Positions 38,940 to 48,328 are shown, counted from the first letter of the stretch. The stretch is DNA of 64,000 bases from Candidatus Buchananbacteria bacterium (GCA_030650095.1 JAUSEE010000001.1:8199-72198), one strand, 5' to 3'. The notes: a model not told the origin generated them from the letters alone. Translations and numbers: made by a program.

Positions 38940-39650
38940 TAACATTTTAGTTTTAAAATATTACTTCTGTCCCATTAAAATACCTTTATGAAACACCATG
39001 GCCTTAGAATATTTCTCTTGTTACTTTTGGTCCGCCAAAAGTAACCGAAAGCTCGCGAACGTAAAAAATCATGGCTAAATTTCTCCCCAGCTCACTAAAG
39101 ACAATAATCAAAACAGCGACAGAATATTGTCTTCTTAACGTTCGCTGGTAGGAGAAATTAGCACAATATTTTTTAATGTTCGCCTTATTTTATTATAAAA
39201 CCGGCGACAATTGAAAAATTTAAGGAGAAGGCAAAACGAGAGCACTGCGTTGGCTTATTGTCTATAAGCCGAATCTTCAATGTTTGAGCCCAACCCGTTC
39301 AATAGATAATTAAAGGGGTTGGGCGAGTTTTGAAGATTAGCGGTGCGAAGTTTTAAATTTGACTATAAATTTTTCACTGTCGCGAGTTTTGGGGAAACCT
39401 TTTGCGGCCAAAAGGTTTTAAAAAGAAATTATGTATTAAAAGTCATCTAATCGTCATTGCGAGGGAGCGGAGCGAGTGAAGCAATCCCAAGTAACATAAA
39501 CATAAGATTGCTTCGTGCCTCGCAATAACAAATAAAAAGGGATCCCTCGACTACGCTCGGGATGACAGATATATTTATATTACCTGGAATTGCTTCTCCG
39601 CCCTGGGCGGATCATAATGACAGTAAGCAGATCTAGATAGTTGAATAAAA
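38940..39650. repeat. Composite intergenic repeat region B. Same module set as region A, in the same orientation but with the modules shuffled. It adds hairpins 39463-39527 and 39541-39640 (gggatccctcgactacgctcgggatgacag is the reverse complement of a region A module).
   Basis: Block-wise identity to 31846-32320. Confidence 0.8.
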
Positions 39651-39653
39651 GTA

Positions 39654-41729
39654 TTACTCCAAATGCGAGCTAAAACTCATACTCTCTAGTTTTTCCCCAA
39701 GTTTGGGAAAATCTTCCAATTTATAATTATCAATAAAATCTTCGGCCGCTGAACTAGCTGATTTGGCTAAAACAAAATCATCCAAAGTAGCTATTTTAAG
39801 GCTAGCCAAGCCCGATTGTTCATAGCCGTAAATCTGTCCGGCGCCGCGGTATTTTAAATCCCTTTTAGCCAATTCAAAACCATCGCTGCACTCGGACATA
39901 ACATTTAATCTTTCCATGGTTTTTAGATCATTACTGTCGCTAAAGAGAAAACAATAAGACTGATAATTATTCCTGCCTACTCGTCCTCTAAACTGATGAA
40001 GCTGGGCCAAACCGAACCTCTCGGCCCCTTCGATCATTATCACGCTGGCATTTTTAACATCAACCCCCACTTCAATAACCGAAGTAGACACCAGCATTTT
40101 GGTTTGTCCTCTGACAAAATCAGACATGGCTTTTTCTTTTTCCATCGGCTTCATTTTGCCATGAAGCAAGCCTATAGCTAAATCAGGAAATACCTGTTTG
40201 TCCAGCTTGGCAAATTCTTCCGTTACAGATTTGGCTCCTAATTTATCCGATGGATCAATTAAAGGACAGACCACAAATACTTGACGGCCAGCTTTAATCT
40301 GCCGATTGATAAAATCATAAGCAGCTATTCTTTTTTCTGGCGGCACAACCTTGGTAATAATTTTTTTCCGGCCCAAGGGCATTTGCCTGACAATAGACAA
40401 ATCCAAATCTCCATAAACAGTCAAAGCCAAAGATCTCGGTATGGGTGTGGCGGTTAAGGACAAGAAATGAGCAATCTTGTGGCTTTTCTGTTTGATCTCT
40501 TCCCTTTGGGAAACGCCAAAACGGTGCTGTTCATCGACTACCACTAAAGCCAGCTGATCAAATTCCACGCTTTTTTGGATTAGAGCGTGTGTTCCTATAA
40601 TAATATCTATTTCTCCTTTTTTACATTTTTCTAAAAATTCAGATTTAGAAACGTTTTCACCGTTTATTATTCTTTGGCTTCCGGTTAATAGACCGATGTT
40701 TAATAAACTGCCTAATAAACTATTGAATGTTTCAAAATGCTGTCTGGCTAATATTTCCGTGGGTGATAAAAAAGCGGATTGTTTTTTATTTAAAGCAATA
40801 TTATAAGCGGCGATAGCGGCTACTATGGTTTTGCCGGATCCGACATCGCCTTCAACCAGCCTGTTCATCGGCAAACCGTTTTTCATATCAATTATTATTT
40901 CCCAAGCGGCTTTCCTTTGATCATCGGTGAGCGTAAAAGGCAAATTGGCTACAAATTCCTTAGTTTCGTTTTCAAAAAAAACTATTCTGTACGATTTGCG
41001 CTCATTAAGCTGTTTTCTTAAAATTTTCGACCAAAGTTGAATAACAAAAAGCTCATCAAAGGCCAATCTTTTTCTGGCCCCATCAATATCATTTTTATTT
41101 TCAGGAAAATGAATATTTTTTACCGCTCGATTTAAGGAGAGCAGGGATTGCTTTTTAACTATGGGAGCGGGCAAATAATCAGCCACATGATTAGCTAAAC
41201 TGATGACGCTTTTTATTAAAAATCTTAACTGCTTTTGGCTTAGGCCGTGAGTTAAAGGATAAATCGGGACTATCCGGGCGGTATGAGTAGGACTTTTGCC
41301 TACTTTTTCATATTCGGGAGAATTGAGATAAACATTAATCAAGTCACCCGACACTTTGCCCGATAAGCTCACTTTATCTCCTGGTTTTAAACTTTTAGCA
41401 ATCCAAGGCTGATTAAACCATATTACTTTTATAGAGCCAGTGTCATCTGTCACCATGGCCTCGATTAAAACCTTTCTTTTTCTAAAACTGCGCCGGCTGG
41501 AAATCAATTCTATTTGGCCGACTACGGTAGCTAAACTATCTATCTCTAAATTTTTGATAGGCGTAATTTTCGAAAAGTCCTCGTAACGGAAGGGATAATA
41601 AAAAATGAGATCGTAGACGGTCTCAATTCCTAATCTTTTCAGTTTTGAATAAGTAGATAATCCTACCTTATTCAACTCTTTAACTTTTGTCTCTAAACTG
41701 ATCATTTGCCAAAAATATGTTACTGACAA
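39654..41729 (-). CDS. recG: ATP-dependent DNA helicase RecG
   Basis: Wedge N-domain, helicase motifs (GDVGSGKT, DEQHRFGV), 691 aa. Confidence 0.9.
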   Translation of the reverse strand: MSVTYFWQMISLETKVKELNKVGLSTYSKLKRLGIETVYDLIFYYPFRYEDFSKITPIKNLEIDSLATVVGQIELISSRRSFRKRKVLIEAMVTDDTGSIKVIWFNQPWIAKSLKPGDKVSLSGKVSGDLINVYLNSPEYEKVGKSPTHTARIVPIYPLTHGLSQKQLRFLIKSVISLANHVADYLPAPIVKKQSLLSLNRAVKNIHFPENKNDIDGARKRLAFDELFVIQLWSKILRKQLNERKSYRIVFFENETKEFVANLPFTLTDDQRKAAWEIIIDMKNGLPMNRLVEGDVGSGKTIVAAIAAYNIALNKKQSAFLSPTEILARQHFETFNSLLGSLLNIGLLTGSQRIINGENVSKSEFLEKCKKGEIDIIIGTHALIQKSVEFDQLALVVVDEQHRFGVSQREEIKQKSHKIAHFLSLTATPIPRSLALTVYGDLDLSIVRQMPLGRKKIITKVVPPEKRIAAYDFINRQIKAGRQVFVVCPLIDPSDKLGAKSVTEEFAKLDKQVFPDLAIGLLHGKMKPMEKEKAMSDFVRGQTKMLVSTSVIEVGVDVKNASVIMIEGAERFGLAQLHQFRGRVGRNNYQSYCFLFSDSNDLKTMERLNVMSECSDGFELAKRDLKYRGAGQIYGYEQSGLASLKIATLDDFVLAKSASSAAEDFIDNYKLEDFPKLGEKLESMSFSSHLE

Positions 41730-41760
41730 ATTATACTTGTAGATTTATACCAATAACTAG

Positions 41761-41832
41761 TGTCCTCAAGAGGAATTGAACCTCTATTTCAGGCTCCGCA
41801 AGCCGGCGCTCTATCCTTTGAGCTATGAGGAC
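41761..41832 (-). tRNA. tRNA, anticodon reads GCG (Arg?). CCA is not encoded.
   Basis: Acceptor GTCCTCA/TGAGGAC, D-arm GCTC-AAAGGATA-GAGC, anticodon arm CCGGC-TTGCGGA-GCCTG with one C/U mismatch, T-arm AGAGG-TTCAATT-CCTCT. Confidence 0.6.
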
Positions 41833-41857
41833 GAATAAAAGAATAATCTTTTAAAAA

Positions 41858-42361
41858 TTAAATCCTCAATAGACGGCGCAATCTTTCAGATAATGGTTCA
41901 GCTTCCCTTTCCAAATCTTCTTTTAAGAATTGCAACAGGAATTCCCTTATCCCAATAACATCCAAGCCGTCTAAATCAACAACCAATCTACCCCTAAGCG
42001 GATTTTTGAAATCCACGTATAAATTCTTAATGCCATGATCCTGATAAATGATAAAGAAATTATCAATATGTTTATAGAAAAAGAAGTTCTTGCCATGCTT
42101 TATGCCATCATTGGTGATAGTACAATCCACCAACTCCGGTTGCTTGAATTCATACATTATGACTACCAAATAAAACAAGACCAGGAAGACGGCAAAAAGA
42201 TAATTAATGGTGTATATCGCCCAACCAACCATTAGAGCAATAATTAAAAACGATATTAAATACCAAGCTACGCTCTTTTGATATTTAACATAATCATGGC
42301 ATTTCCAAGAAAAAACCACCTCGCTTAATTGTTGATTTTCTGTTTTGTTTGGCATGGACAT
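41858..42361 (-). CDS. Hypothetical membrane protein (two transmembrane helices plus a cytoplasmic domain)
   Basis: ORF track; hydrophobic hairpin; no family recognised. Confidence 0.45.
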   Translation of the reverse strand: MSMPNKTENQQLSEVVFSWKCHDYVKYQKSVAWYLISFLIIALMVGWAIYTINYLFAVFLVLFYLVVIMYEFKQPELVDCTITNDGIKHGKNFFFYKHIDNFFIIYQDHGIKNLYVDFKNPLRGRLVVDLDGLDVIGIREFLLQFLKEDLEREAEPLSERLRRLLRI

Positions 42362-42400
42362 ATTTTTAATAAAAATTATTTTATAATCTTTTTAAAATAC

Positions 42401-42631
42401 CTATAAACCGCACAAATGCATGCTAACAGCGGCTTTTATGGCTTTAAACCTATCTTCTGATAATTCCGGAAAAACATCTCTGATTTTTTGTTCAAATTTA
42501 TTCCAACTGCCATCATCATCTTTGTTTAAATCTTCTTCGACAAATTGTTCTATCCTCTCATTAAAGAGAGCTAATTCTTCAGCCGCGGTCATTTTTTCTT
42601 CATCAACTTCACTTTTATTTTCAAAATTCAT
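42401..42631 (-). CDS. Small acidic hypothetical protein (76 aa)
   Basis: ORF track; Glu/Asp-rich. Confidence 0.35.
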   Translation of the reverse strand: MNFENKSEVDEEKMTAAEELALFNERIEQFVEEDLNKDDDGSWNKFEQKIRDVFPELSEDRFKAIKAAVSMHLCGL

Positions 42632-42716
42632 GGTTAGAAAAATTATTAATTACTTTATCTCAAAAATTGGGATAAAAATTTATATGCGGAGAGGGTGGCC
42701 TGGCCTGCCGGTAGGC

Positions 42717-42868
42717 AGGGATTTACGGAATAATTTGCCACCAAAAAGTGGCAAATTATTCTGTCCTGGGTGGCCGCCAATCCTGCGCCAGCTCGGATTG
42801 GCTTAAAGTTTCGTTTCGACGCTCGGCTTCCGCCTTGCTTCTCACTCAACTTGCCACCCGTTCAAATC
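42717..42868. repeat. 152-bp structured element R, copy A. It is preceded by a displaced 14-nt tRNA-Ser(TGA) 3'-end fragment plus 25 nt of that tRNA's downstream flank (42658-42696).
   Basis: Near-identical to 43045-43196 (3 substitutions). Contains a 14-bp perfect stem (gaataatttgccac/gtggcaaattattc) and an 8-bp stem (gccaatcc/ggattggc). Confidence 0.8.
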
Positions 42869-42922
42869 CCGCTATCTCATATCTAAATTTTTATCCTAAA
42901 AATTGGGATAAAAATTTATATG

Positions 42923-43009
42923 CGGAGAGGGTGGGATTCGAACCCACGGTCCCCGTGAAGGGACTTCAGTTTTCAAGACTGACACATTCGACCACTCTGT
43001 CACCTCTCC
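42923..43009 (-). tRNA. tRNA-Ser (anticodon TGA)
   Basis: GGAGAGG acceptor, anticodon loop CTTGAAA, long variable arm, T-arm GTGGG-TTCGAAT-CCCAC. Confidence 0.8.
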
Positions 43010-43044
43010 ATCTAAAATTGTATTATCACTTACTGCAGAGAAGG

Positions 43045-43196
43045 AGGGATTTACGGCATAATTTGCCACCAAAAAGTGGCAAATTATTCTGTCCTGGGTG
43101 GCCGCCAATCCTGCGCCAGCTCGGATTGGCTTAAAGTTTCGTTTCGGCGCTCGGCTTCCGCCTTGCTTCTCACTCAACTTGCCACCTGTTCAAATC
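43045..43196. repeat. Element R, copy B. It is preceded by an 18-nt fragment (tgcagagaaggagggatt) matching the 3' end of tRNA-Ser(GCT) with 1 mismatch.
   Basis: See copy A. Confidence 0.8.
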
Positions 43197-43255
43197 TTAG
43201 CTTCTTTCATAAGCTGATTTGAGAATGAGGATAAACCACATTATCAAATCATCTG

Positions 43256-43345
43256 CGGAGAAGGAGGGATTCGAACCCTCGATACGCTTAAAAAACGTAT
43301 AACGGATTAGCAATCCGCCGCTTTCAGCCACTCAGCCACCTCTCC
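43256..43345 (-). tRNA. tRNA-Ser (anticodon GCT)
   Basis: Acceptor GGAGAGG, anticodon arm CGGAT-TGCTAAT-CCG, long variable arm, T-arm GAGGG-TTCGAAT-CCCTC. Confidence 0.8.
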
Positions 43346-43491
43346 AGTTATTCGAAGATAACTAAAGCATTTTATCACAAAAAAGTCGTCTTGTAAATAC
43401 CCTAAATTAAAGATAAAAATGTGCAAACTGATGCTAATCTTGTCTTTATTATAACATAATACCGCTAAGCTATCAAAAACAGTTTATTTTA

Positions 43492-44196
43492 TTAACTTCT
43501 TATTAAAACCAAGCCCCAAACCGTTTTATAGCCCGCTTCTTTTAATTTTTTGGCGCATTCCTCCAGAGTTGATCCGGTAGTATAGACATCGTCTACTATA
43601 ACAATCGGCTTATTATAATCGGCTTGCAAATTGACAGTGGTTTTGAAACTGCCGGTAATATTAACATGCCTTTTACTGGCGCCCAGACCCACTTGATGGC
43701 GATTGTACTTTATCTTTTTTAACAATTGATCATTAATTTTATTACCACCAATACCGCTGATGATATCGCAAATCAATTGCGATTGATTAAAGCCTCTCTC
43801 CAAAAATCTCCTAGGGTGAAGCGGCACGGGTGTTAAAACAAAAAAATCCCGCCAAAGGGGATTCTTGCCAAAGTATTCCACAAATCTTGGTTTCAAATGA
43901 TTAAAAATATCAGGAATAAAATTATATTTTACCAGATGTATCATTTTCTGGCTTAACTTGTTGTTCTCCAAAATTACCAACAGTCCATCCAGATTGGAAA
44001 TATGACGGCAATAGCCGCAAACCTGTCCGTCTTTGTTTTCCAAACCGCAAATCGGGCATAAATTATAATTATACAACCTTAATTGGCTCAAACATCTAAG
44101 GCAAAGCCAGTCGCCTTCAGCTCTACAAGACAAGCACTTAATGGGAAAAATAATGTCTAAAAATATTTTTTTTAATTTACTGCCAAACAGCTTCAT
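43492..44196 (-). CDS. comFC: ComF-family protein (competence; phosphoribosyltransferase domain)
   Basis: N-terminal Cys4 (CLSCR...CLRC...CPIC...CGYC) and the PRTase motif IVIVDDVYTTGST. Confidence 0.8.
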   Translation of the reverse strand: MKLFGSKLKKIFLDIIFPIKCLSCRAEGDWLCLRCLSQLRLYNYNLCPICGLENKDGQVCGYCRHISNLDGLLVILENNKLSQKMIHLVKYNFIPDIFNHLKPRFVEYFGKNPLWRDFFVLTPVPLHPRRFLERGFNQSQLICDIISGIGGNKINDQLLKKIKYNRHQVGLGASKRHVNITGSFKTTVNLQADYNKPIVIVDDVYTTGSTLEECAKKLKEAGYKTVWGLVLIRS

Positions 44197-44740
44197 CTAC
44201 TTTCCAGTCATCGCCTGTTTTTAAAACACTAAGTTGAACTTTGGAATAATCAATTATCGGTTCGGCTTGCTCGCCTTGGAATTTACTTAGCTGAAGCGAT
44301 ATTAAAACCATGGCCTTATCTGCGCTTAAATATATAAGCTGGTTATTTAGAGCCTTGGCTTCTTGAGCTTCAAAACCATTAGTTCCTATTCGAGAAGTGG
44401 CGATGAAACTATCAATGGAAGATTGCATTTTAGATGTGGACAATATTTTTAAATCTTCTAAATTCTTAAACTTGGCATCGCTGGAATAGCTGGCAAACCT
44501 CTCGGCAAAGGAAGAAGTAAGCGATTCTAGCCCCAAAGGGTAATCCTTTTCCGTGCTTTGTCTTTCGGCGCTAGGCGGAGGCAACAAATCAATTTGGCCA
44601 AGAGACGTGGGCTGATTGCCATTTTCATTTTCTGGCGGATTAACTTCGGCCGGTTTTTTATTGAAAAAAAATAAAAATATCAAAACTGCCGCCACTAAGG
44701 CCAGCGCTGAAATTAAAATTATTTTATTTCTTCTGGACAT
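44177..44740 (-). CDS. Membrane-anchored extracytoplasmic protein, possible VirB8-like T4SS component
   Basis: N-terminal transmembrane helix, ~150-aa periplasm-type domain, position directly downstream of virB4. The VirB8 assignment is speculative. Confidence 0.3.
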   Translation of the reverse strand: MSRRNKIILISALALVAAVLIFLFFFNKKPAEVNPPENENGNQPTSLGQIDLLPPPSAERQSTEKDYPLGLESLTSSFAERFASYSSDAKFKNLEDLKILSTSKMQSSIDSFIATSRIGTNGFEAQEAKALNNQLIYLSADKAMVLISLQLSKFQGEQAEPIIDYSKVQLSVLKTGDDWKVDEAVWQ

Positions 44741-44759
44741 GTTATTAAATATTTAATAT

Positions 44760-46658
44760 TTATTCTCTGGCTAACGACTGCTCGAATTCTTTCTTGGCTT
44801 GTTCAATTTCCAGTAGCTGCCTGGGATCAGAAGTTATCAATTGATCTTCCGAATAAGAAGCAACTACTCTTATGGCCGCATGCTTAGCGCCGGCAAAAAA
44901 GATGCCTTCACCCACACCGCATTCCAACAGCAAGTATTTTTCCCCTTCGGTAAGCAGGAATGTCTTTTGAATCAAACTGGCGGCAGCAGGCGACTGCTTC
45001 ATAAGAAGCTGTAAAGACGAGTTATTAACAATGGCTTGGCCATAAGGAGAAGTCAAAAAATCATTAACATCTTGGGTAATCGTGGTAACGCCCAAATAAT
45101 ACTTACGGCATCTTTTGACCAAGGCAAATATAAACTTGGCGCTATCCTCTCTTTGCATCAGCCACCAGGCTTCATCCACTACCAGTATCCTTCTTTTGGT
45201 TTCGCTTCTAACCACATTCCAAATATAATTAACGATGGTATAAATGGCCAGGGGTTTTAATTCATCCTCTAAATCACGCACACTGAAAGCCACCAATTGA
45301 TTATTCATGGCCACATTGGTGGGATTATTCAAGAGTCCGGCAAAAGTGCCTTCGGTGTATTTTTTTAATCTTAAAACTATATTTTCACCATTTTCCATGC
45401 CTTCCAAAATCTCTGCAAAATCCTGCATAATAGGCGGTTCCACCAGAGATAAATCAGTATTGGCTGTTATATCTTTTTTGGCGTAAGTCTCCAGCAGGGC
45501 TCTGTCGATTATGGAATCTTCTTCCGGTGTGATATCGCCGATCATCAGTTTAATCAAACCCTTGACTGTTATCACCGCTCCCCTGATGATATCATCGGTC
45601 CTGGCATCTTCGCCAATGGATCTGGGCAAATCAAAAGGATTTATCTTGCTCTCGGAATTAAGGGAAACATCAATATAGGTTCCACCGACAGCATCGCACA
45701 GATGCTTGTATTCCCTTTCGGGATCAATAATGATAACTTCGGTGCCAAACATCAAGCTTCTTAAAACTTCTAATTTTATGGCGTATGATTTGCCGGCGCC
45801 GGAAGTGGCAAAAACAACCGAGTTGGCATTTTGCAGAGAAAATCTGTCAAACAGAATCAAACTGTTATTATGCCTATTGATGCCAAAGAGCACTCCGTTG
45901 TCAGAGGTTAAATCGGAAGAAACAAAGGGAAAAGAACTGGCCGCCGGAGAGGTGTTCATATTGGTTAGAATCTGCAGATCATCGGAAGCAATGGGCAAAG
46001 TGGAATTAAAGCCTTGTTCGGCTTGATAAAAAACCCTTCTGGAATAAACCAAAGTGGAACCCAAAATATTTTCTACGCTTTCACAAGAATTGTCTAAGGC
46101 CTCCAGAGTCTTATCATAAACAGTTATATACAAAGCTGTCTGAAAAAAATGCTCAATGCCTTGGGTTAAATCATCCCTTAATTTTTCCATATCTCTTAGA
46201 GCCGTTTCCCGAAGCGGATCGCGAGGAGCGCCTTTTTCGGCATCAGAAATAAGTCCGGCTTGCAAGGCGCCGACTTTTTTCTTGAGCTGTTTTAAAATGA
46301 TAGGAGCTTTAACCGGATAAAAATAAATAGCCATATCAGCCGTAACATTAAGGTTGATAATGGGGGCAAACCAGCCCACATTTATATATCTGGGATATTC
46401 AATGACAAAAATCGTTTTGATAAAATAATCCCCCAATTTAATATACGAGCCGGTTACTTCCAGTGAAGCCGGAGAAATAAAATCACGCACCGAAACAATG
46501 CCCCGCCTATAAACCCTTTCTTCCTCCAGGGCTTTTTTGCTGGTTTGTATCTCTTGAGAGAGCATTTCTTTTCTTTGGCTGGCAGTCAAAGCCGGAGCCC
46601 GGTCCAGTTCCTGTGCTCTTGTTTTATCAACCTTATTCAGTTGACTTGGATCAAACAT
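44760..46658 (-). CDS. virB4: VirB4/TrbE/CagE-family type IV secretion ATPase
   Basis: Walker A ATSGAGKS, Walker B VVDEAWW, 632 aa (a short N-domain). Confidence 0.8.
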   Translation of the reverse strand: MFDPSQLNKVDKTRAQELDRAPALTASQRKEMLSQEIQTSKKALEEERVYRRGIVSVRDFISPASLEVTGSYIKLGDYFIKTIFVIEYPRYINVGWFAPIINLNVTADMAIYFYPVKAPIILKQLKKKVGALQAGLISDAEKGAPRDPLRETALRDMEKLRDDLTQGIEHFFQTALYITVYDKTLEALDNSCESVENILGSTLVYSRRVFYQAEQGFNSTLPIASDDLQILTNMNTSPAASSFPFVSSDLTSDNGVLFGINRHNNSLILFDRFSLQNANSVVFATSGAGKSYAIKLEVLRSLMFGTEVIIIDPEREYKHLCDAVGGTYIDVSLNSESKINPFDLPRSIGEDARTDDIIRGAVITVKGLIKLMIGDITPEEDSIIDRALLETYAKKDITANTDLSLVEPPIMQDFAEILEGMENGENIVLRLKKYTEGTFAGLLNNPTNVAMNNQLVAFSVRDLEDELKPLAIYTIVNYIWNVVRSETKRRILVVDEAWWLMQREDSAKFIFALVKRCRKYYLGVTTITQDVNDFLTSPYGQAIVNNSSLQLLMKQSPAAASLIQKTFLLTEGEKYLLLECGVGEGIFFAGAKHAAIRVVASYSEDQLITSDPRQLLEIEQAKKEFEQSLARE

Positions 46659-46683
46659 AAATAAAAAAATAAAAAATTATTAA

Positions 46684-47358
46684 CTACTGCTCCACATCTA
46701 ATTTATTGATATCAGCTATCTTCTGGCTTTCAGAAATAGTCGGATTATAGGTATTATAAAATAGTTCTATCAGTGATTGGGTGTTTAAAATAGAAACTCT
46801 AAGTCCCATGCTCATTAAGCCGGAAATTATTTTATCAACTTCAATGAAAAGCTCCTGATGGCGCTTGGAAAATTCTTTTTGGCTTAATTTAATCAGTTTG
46901 GTCGGTGAAACAACATCGGTGCTTCTTTCCCAAAAATTTCTTTTTTTGCCAAAAGACGCGTTATAATAAACCACTACGTAGAATTTTTTGGTCATGATAT
47001 CTCCTAATTCCACTAATTCGGAAATATATTTTCGGTATTCCGATGTTTGGAGTTTGAGTAAATCATTGGCCTGCTCCTCTTCGGCTCTTTTGATATCCGC
47101 CAAGTAATTATCCAAATTCAACTTCCGGGATTGTATCACTATTTGCAAAGTGGTATCCAAGGAATTTAAAAAAGATATATAGCCGGCCACAATGGCATTT
47201 TGTTCTTCTTCTGATTTCAAAGCAAAATTCATGCTGGATACCAGAAGAACGGATCGAAGAGTGCCATCTTTCATAATAACAGCATCATCCCTTATTTCAG
47301 AAATAGTCATGTAGCTTTGGGTGCTGGGTGTGGATTTTGTCGCTTTTCTGTTAGCCAT
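46684..47358 (-). CDS. Hypothetical protein between the PrgI-like gene and virB4. Possibly a detached N-terminal VirB4 domain.
   Basis: Position and size only. The VirB4 ORF lacks the ~200-aa N-domain seen in longer homologs. Confidence 0.3.
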   Translation of the reverse strand: MANRKATKSTPSTQSYMTISEIRDDAVIMKDGTLRSVLLVSSMNFALKSEEEQNAIVAGYISFLNSLDTTLQIVIQSRKLNLDNYLADIKRAEEEQANDLLKLQTSEYRKYISELVELGDIMTKKFYVVVYYNASFGKKRNFWERSTDVVSPTKLIKLSQKEFSKRHQELFIEVDKIISGLMSMGLRVSILNTQSLIELFYNTYNPTISESQKIADINKLDVEQ

Positions 47359-47379
47359 ACTTGCTTAACTTTAGCTATT

Positions 47380-47841
47380 TTATTTCTTTAAATTATTTAC
47401 ATGATTGATTACGCCTTCTCCTTGATAAACGCCGCCGGTATCAACTATCAGGGCTAATTCAGACAGATTAGAAGCATTGATAATCTTTTTTCTAACAGCC
47501 ACTTCCGGCCCCTTTTCTTCTTTGGGCTTTTTTAAACTCATTTTTATATCCGCCTCACTGATGGTTTTACGCCAAATTTTAAGCTTGGGATTTTTGATGG
47601 TAGTTATAAAATTAAGCAGGAAATTATGAAAATGCTGGCCGTTTATTTTAATGAAAGCAAAGGTAACGGTGATGACCAAAACCAGCAAGCCGGAAACCAC
47701 AAACAAAGAAAAATCAAAAATTTTATAAAAGATAAAAATAATGATTCCTCCTATTACCATCTCTATAAACTGGCGGACAGTTATGGGGCCGATTATCCTG
47801 TCTTCAACATCTAAAAATTGTGGTACGGTTATTTGTTCCAT
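47380..47841 (-). CDS. PrgI/VirB3-like small membrane protein
   Basis: EDRIIGPITVRQFIEMVIGGIII motif, two transmembrane helices, position upstream of virB4. Confidence 0.55.
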   Translation of the reverse strand: MEQITVPQFLDVEDRIIGPITVRQFIEMVIGGIIIFIFYKIFDFSLFVVSGLLVLVITVTFAFIKINGQHFHNFLLNFITTIKNPKLKIWRKTISEADIKMSLKKPKEEKGPEVAVRKKIINASNLSELALIVDTGGVYQGEGVINHVNNLKK

Positions 47842-47905
47842 AAACCATGAATAGTAAATTATAAATTCAAAATATCAAGCTCCAAATAAATATCAAATCT
47901 CAAAC

Positions 47906-48274
47906 TCAAATTGGCTTATTTTTGCTCTTTTCTATTATAGCAGCAAATATTTTTAAAAGCTGACAGGTTTCATCCAAAAGCAGCTCCATTTTCACCTTAA
48001 GCCGCGGATTGGCTTCAATAATCAGTTTTAACCAATAGACTGTCTCTTTAGCTTCTTTACGACATATCCTCATTCTAAATTGAAAATCTTTTTTTGTTTC
48101 AGTTTCATTAGCTTCTCTATAATTAGCCCCTAGCGATAACCCCGATCTAACCACCTGCCTTACCAATACATTATTAACAATGTTTAGTGGAATATTCTTC
48201 GCCATTTTTATTATTCTCTTGCCATATTCCAGTGTTCTATCTTCAAGGTCATAACTATTTGTAATTTCTACCAT
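47906..48274 (-). CDS. Four-helix-bundle protein (23S rRNA intervening-sequence protein family)
   Basis: YGKRIIKMAKNIP...QVVRSGLSLGANYREANE core typical of this family; 122 aa. Confidence 0.65.
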   Translation of the reverse strand: MVEITNSYDLEDRTLEYGKRIIKMAKNIPLNIVNNVLVRQVVRSGLSLGANYREANETETKKDFQFRMRICRKEAKETVYWLKLIIEANPRLKVKMELLLDETCQLLKIFAAIIEKSKNKPI

Positions 48275-48328
48275 TGTGATTTATTTGATATTTGAAATTT
48301 TGAATTTGTTATTTTATATTTTTAGTGT

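Noticed and set aside
31846-39650. Possible CRISPR array suggested by recurring ~25-nt palindromic repeats
   Set aside because: The repeats are hairpin arms in inverted pairs with irregular spacing and shared flanking modules. There is no regular repeat-spacer periodicity, and no cas genes are present.
42420-43177. Four track ORFs (42420-42806+, 42748-43134+, 42655-42849-, 42896-43177-) with shared termini such as ...RDLRNNLPPKSGKLFCPGWPPILRQLGLA
   Set aside because: They are translations of the duplicated R element and of the tRNA-Ser genes. Their identical tails simply mirror the DNA repeat, so they are not coding.
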